In this document: positions 61,277-64,000 of the stretch, one piece after another
Layout of the letters: every line of letters starts with the position of its first letter
Position numbering within the stretch: the stretch's first letter is position 1
Assembly (NCBI GenBank): GCA_022565235.1
Contig: JADFJW010000001.1
Span: 1,135-65,134, forward strand
Direction: 5' to 3'
DNA: 64,000 bases
Origin: Nanobdellota archaeon
GTDB lineage: Archaea; Nanobdellota; Nanobdellia; Woesearchaeales; GW2011-AR4
Program-made: the position numbers and the translations under genes
Notes under the pieces: generated by a model
The model's database searches: none
The model's input: the letters and a program-made list of their open reading frames with translations, nothing else
What the model was told of the DNA's origin: nothing

Positions 61277-61495
61277 TGCGAGGGAAGGGACTTTCGTTAC
61301 CTTTTCCGCAGAAAAGCCCGATTTTGGTCGAGCGCTTTTGCGCATAAGCGGAAAAGATCGTTTCGAACCCTCGGACGGACTAACCGACAGGATATCTTAC
61401 TTACACATAAGTGTCGGACTTATCTTAAGTCCTGCGCGTTTGACCAGACTTCGCTCTGAGGTTCATTAAGAATCAACTTAGATGATTACCCTCGC
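61277..61495 (-). tRNA. tRNA-Leu(UAA) with three introns: 8/9 (61456-61487), 37/38 (61394-61423), 59/60 (61291-61361)
   Basis: Removing the three segments gives a complete cloverleaf; BHB central helices GAGG/CCTC, CTTA/TAAG, TTCG/CGAA are all Watson-Crick. Confidence 0.88.
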
Positions 61496-61546
61496 AATTG
61501 CCTGGTGTTAAGAAAGAAAGGAAATTTGTTTTTAAACATTACTAAT

Positions 61547-62065
61547 TTATCTGACTTTCATCTTGTATAATTCAAGAAAAGCCTTAAGGCGTTTGTGCAG
61601 ATCATAGCAGTCTGCATTAACAAGGCCTTCGTGCCTTTCTGTTAGTGTCATCCCTATATTCCAGATATACTTGTCATACATGGTCCTGAAAAATTGATAG
61701 AATGGGGCTTGCGTCCATCTGCTCGTAAGACTTGTCTCGACAAACCCGTCAATAGTTATCAAAACATCTGCTTGGTTTATCTTAATATTATGGCCTTTTC
61801 TCTTGATTCTGATTTCTTTGAGATTATTAAACAATGCCTGCAGCCTAACCACTTGTTTTACGGCCCTCACAGGATTTCTCCAGGCCTCTATTATCCATTC
61901 TATTTTCTTTCCTTTCGAGGTTACATTCTCTGATTTTCTTTTTAATTCTTTTTGGAGGCCTTTTTCTTCCATCCATTTTTCTACTTCGGCATAAAATCCT
62001 TCTATTGACAATGGACCGTTGTAAGCCACTCTTAAATCAAATACTACATGTTTTTTTTCAACCAT
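61547..62065 (-). CDS. Uncharacterised protein, paralog 3 of tandem trio
   Basis: YNGP..GKKIEW..IDGFVE..RW..PFYQFFRTMYDKYI. Confidence 0.75.
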   Translation of the reverse strand: MVEKKHVVFDLRVAYNGPLSIEGFYAEVEKWMEEKGLQKELKRKSENVTSKGKKIEWIIEAWRNPVRAVKQVVRLQALFNNLKEIRIKRKGHNIKINQADVLITIDGFVETSLTSRWTQAPFYQFFRTMYDKYIWNIGMTLTERHEGLVNADCYDLHKRLKAFLELYKMKVR

Positions 62066-62066
62066 T

Positions 62067-62609
62067 TTAACCTGCTGCAACGAAAGGCGGCACTTTTGAT
62101 ACAACCTTATAATGCCTGTATATATTGAAGAACTGCTCTACTGTCTGGTACAAATGATGCACATCATGACTTAGTCTTTGCTCGAATCTCTCCGTATAAA
62201 TCTTAAAAAAAAAGATGTTGTAAAGTGACCTTATAAACTGGAATAAGGGTCTAGATTCCCATCTTTCCTCTTGGTCATACTCTATATAACCATCGAGGTA
62301 CATCACAACGCGACCGTTTCCAACCTTAACTTTTTTTTTGCCCACTACTGCATCCACTTTATTGTAATCGTGAACTAAGATTCTTACCTTAATATGGTGT
62401 CTGGTGTAATCGCTTATTCTTTTCCAGGGTATTATCTGCCATTCTATCTGCTTTCCGGTTTTTGTATTATTCTCAAATTCTTTATCAACTTTTAAATCAA
62501 AACCTCTTTCAAAGAGAAAGGCGTTTATATGCTTAAACAAATCATGGGCATCAAAAGGTCCACTATAATTCAATCTTAAATGATCAACAATTATTTTTAG
62601 CTCTGACAT
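62067..62609 (-). CDS. Uncharacterised protein, paralog 2 of tandem trio
   Basis: YSGPFD..GKQIEW..LDGYIEYD..RWE..PLFQFIRSLYN. Confidence 0.75.
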   Translation of the reverse strand: MSELKIIVDHLRLNYSGPFDAHDLFKHINAFLFERGFDLKVDKEFENNTKTGKQIEWQIIPWKRISDYTRHHIKVRILVHDYNKVDAVVGKKKVKVGNGRVVMYLDGYIEYDQEERWESRPLFQFIRSLYNIFFFKIYTERFEQRLSHDVHHLYQTVEQFFNIYRHYKVVSKVPPFVAAG

Positions 62610-63172
62610 TATCTTACTCCGGCAAAGTCCCTATGTTCGAAACCTTCTGATTCCATCTTCAATCTTTCTTTGACTAATGATTGCAGCCTTAAAAAAACTT
62701 TGTAATACAGATGATCCCACCAGATACCTTCTATTTTTTTCTTTATAACAAAGCTGTGGTAATAGTTTCTCAAATTAGCATAGAAAGCCGTTTCCTCCCA
62801 CCTTTTGTCATAATCCATTTCTATGTTTCCCCTGAACTGTATCCATAACCTCCCTTTTGTAAATGTTTTTTTGCTCCCATCTTTCATAACAACTTCTACA
62901 TCCTGGGTATCAAAAGTATGCAAAAAAAGTTTAATTATAAATTTATAATATTCCTCTACGTTCCTATGGGCTTCCCATACATAATAGGTTTCAGGGCCAA
63001 AAGGTCCGGGACGTTTTTGTATATACTTGGATTCATAGAACTTAAACTTGTCTTTGTGAAAGAATGAAGCCACAAATTCATACAAATCCTGCATATCCCA
63101 AACTCCCTTATACTGGAAATAGGAAGTATTCATAGCTAGTTCTTTATGCTTAAACGGTAAAGGATCTGCCAT
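62609..63172 (-). CDS. Uncharacterised protein, paralog 1 of tandem trio
   Basis: YKGVWD..GPETYYVW..FRGNIEMDY..RWE..FYANLRNYY. Confidence 0.75.
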   Translation of the reverse strand: MADPLPFKHKELAMNTSYFQYKGVWDMQDLYEFVASFFHKDKFKFYESKYIQKRPGPFGPETYYVWEAHRNVEEYYKFIIKLFLHTFDTQDVEVVMKDGSKKTFTKGRLWIQFRGNIEMDYDKRWEETAFYANLRNYYHSFVIKKKIEGIWWDHLYYKVFLRLQSLVKERLKMESEGFEHRDFAGVR

Positions 63173-63218
63173 AAGAAAAATCTTGGTTGCAATGTATTTA
63201 AATTTTGTGGAAAAACGG

Positions 63219-63394
63219 AGGTTGGTACGAAACTCTGTGAATTGTGAGCGACTCACAGTCGCTCGCCGCGTTCACGGCTTGTGCGGAGCCTTATCATACC
63301 TCTCAACTTCGCTTCGCTCAGGTCGGGGTGCACAATCCTGCGGAACTATCTGCATTGGCAAATTACGCACAAGCACCGACTTTCGCACTAACCT
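63219..63394. repeat. GC-rich multi-branched structured element with 14-bp terminal inverted repeat
   Basis: AGGTTGGTACGAAA/TTTCGCACTAACCT ends; inner GCTTGTGCG/CGCACAAGC, GAGCGAC/GTCGCTC and a GCGAAGC mini-hairpin. Confidence 0.7.
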
Positions 63395-63430
63395 AGGAAA
63401 AATTACATTTTTAAGAATTATTATGCGCTT

Positions 63431-63985
63431 TTAAATTGTGGTAATTTCCTGTTTAGAGCAGTTTTCACAAAGAACAGTTTGATTTATTTCTTTTACGGTT
63501 TCAGAATATTCCCCGCATTCCTGGCATATTCCTTCTGTAGGTATTATACGGTTTATCGGTTTTCTGCTTTCTTCCCTTAGCTCGAATTTTTCGACTATCA
63601 GGTCAAAAAGCTGCGGCTGAATCTTAAGAATGTCTTTTATTGTTAATAGTCCAATCATTTCATTGCCCTCTACAACTGGCAAATGCCTTATATTATTATC
63701 CCTCATCTTTATGAGCGCGTCATAGATATCTGCATGAGGAGAAATAGTAATCAAATCTTTTTCTGTAAAATTCTTAACCTTTTCATTAACATCTATGCCA
63801 TTTGCTACTGCTTTCCTTACAATATCCTGCTCTGTTAAGATTCCCAAGGAATTCCAGTCTTTAACGACAACGGCGCCTACGTGCTTTTCTGACATCAATT
63901 TGGCACATTCTAACAAAGTTGTATCTGGATCTATAGAAACAGGATTTACTGTCATTGCATCTGCAACTTTGTAGCCTGATTTCAT
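63431..63985 (-). CDS. CBS-pair protein with C-terminal Zn ribbon
   Basis: GILTEQDI, RHLPVV, GICQECG..LCENC. Confidence 0.88.
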   Translation of the reverse strand: MKSGYKVADAMTVNPVSIDPDTTLLECAKLMSEKHVGAVVVKDWNSLGILTEQDIVRKAVANGIDVNEKVKNFTEKDLITISPHADIYDALIKMRDNNIRHLPVVEGNEMIGLLTIKDILKIQPQLFDLIVEKFELREESRKPINRIIPTEGICQECGEYSETVKEINQTVLCENCSKQEITTI

Positions 63986-64000
63986 TCTGAAATTAGACTA

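Noticed and set aside
61262..61459. 65-aa plus-strand ORF
   Set aside because: Antisense to the intron-containing tRNA-Leu(UAA)
63219..63394. RNase P RNA or SRP RNA
   Set aside because: A GAAAGTC is present on the minus strand, but there is no complementary P4 partner and no SRP helix-8 motif

Overview
AT-rich archaeal chromosome segment. The rps13-rps4-rps11-rpoD-tRNA-Leu-rpl18e-rpl13-rps9-rpoN operon, CarS and BHB-type tRNA introns are archaeal. The gene style and many bacterial-type genes suggest DPANN, most likely Woesearchaeota (inference). It holds about 70 CDS. These include thiS/thiG/thiL, a MacB-type ABC exporter, a bacterial-type oxidative pentose phosphate operon (gnd-zwf plus a cyclase-family hydrolase), a ~10 kb phospholipid island (psd-pmtA-pssA, several CDP-alcohol phosphotransferases, PlsC, PHP/PAP2 phosphatases, DedA, ATP-grasp), a hybrid LeuRS, class II RNR with tandem NrdR-like boxes, a type IV pilin cluster with VirB11/CpaF ATPase, ahcY, CBS proteins and three tandem unknown paralogs. 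Five tRNA genes were read by hand. Four carry introns: tRNA-Leu(UAA) has three (8/9, 37/38, 59/60), and the T-loop intron is homologous between tRNA-Ser and tRNA-Leu. Two tRNAs have C33. Intergenic spaces hold a recurring, covarying family of modular hairpins with GNA triloops and tandem G.A pairs, which also appears inside a tRNA intron and the rps13 5' coding region. No CRISPR array, rRNA or transposase was seen. All calls come from reading motifs by eye, with no database search. Several starts were moved to the more plausible downstream ATG.
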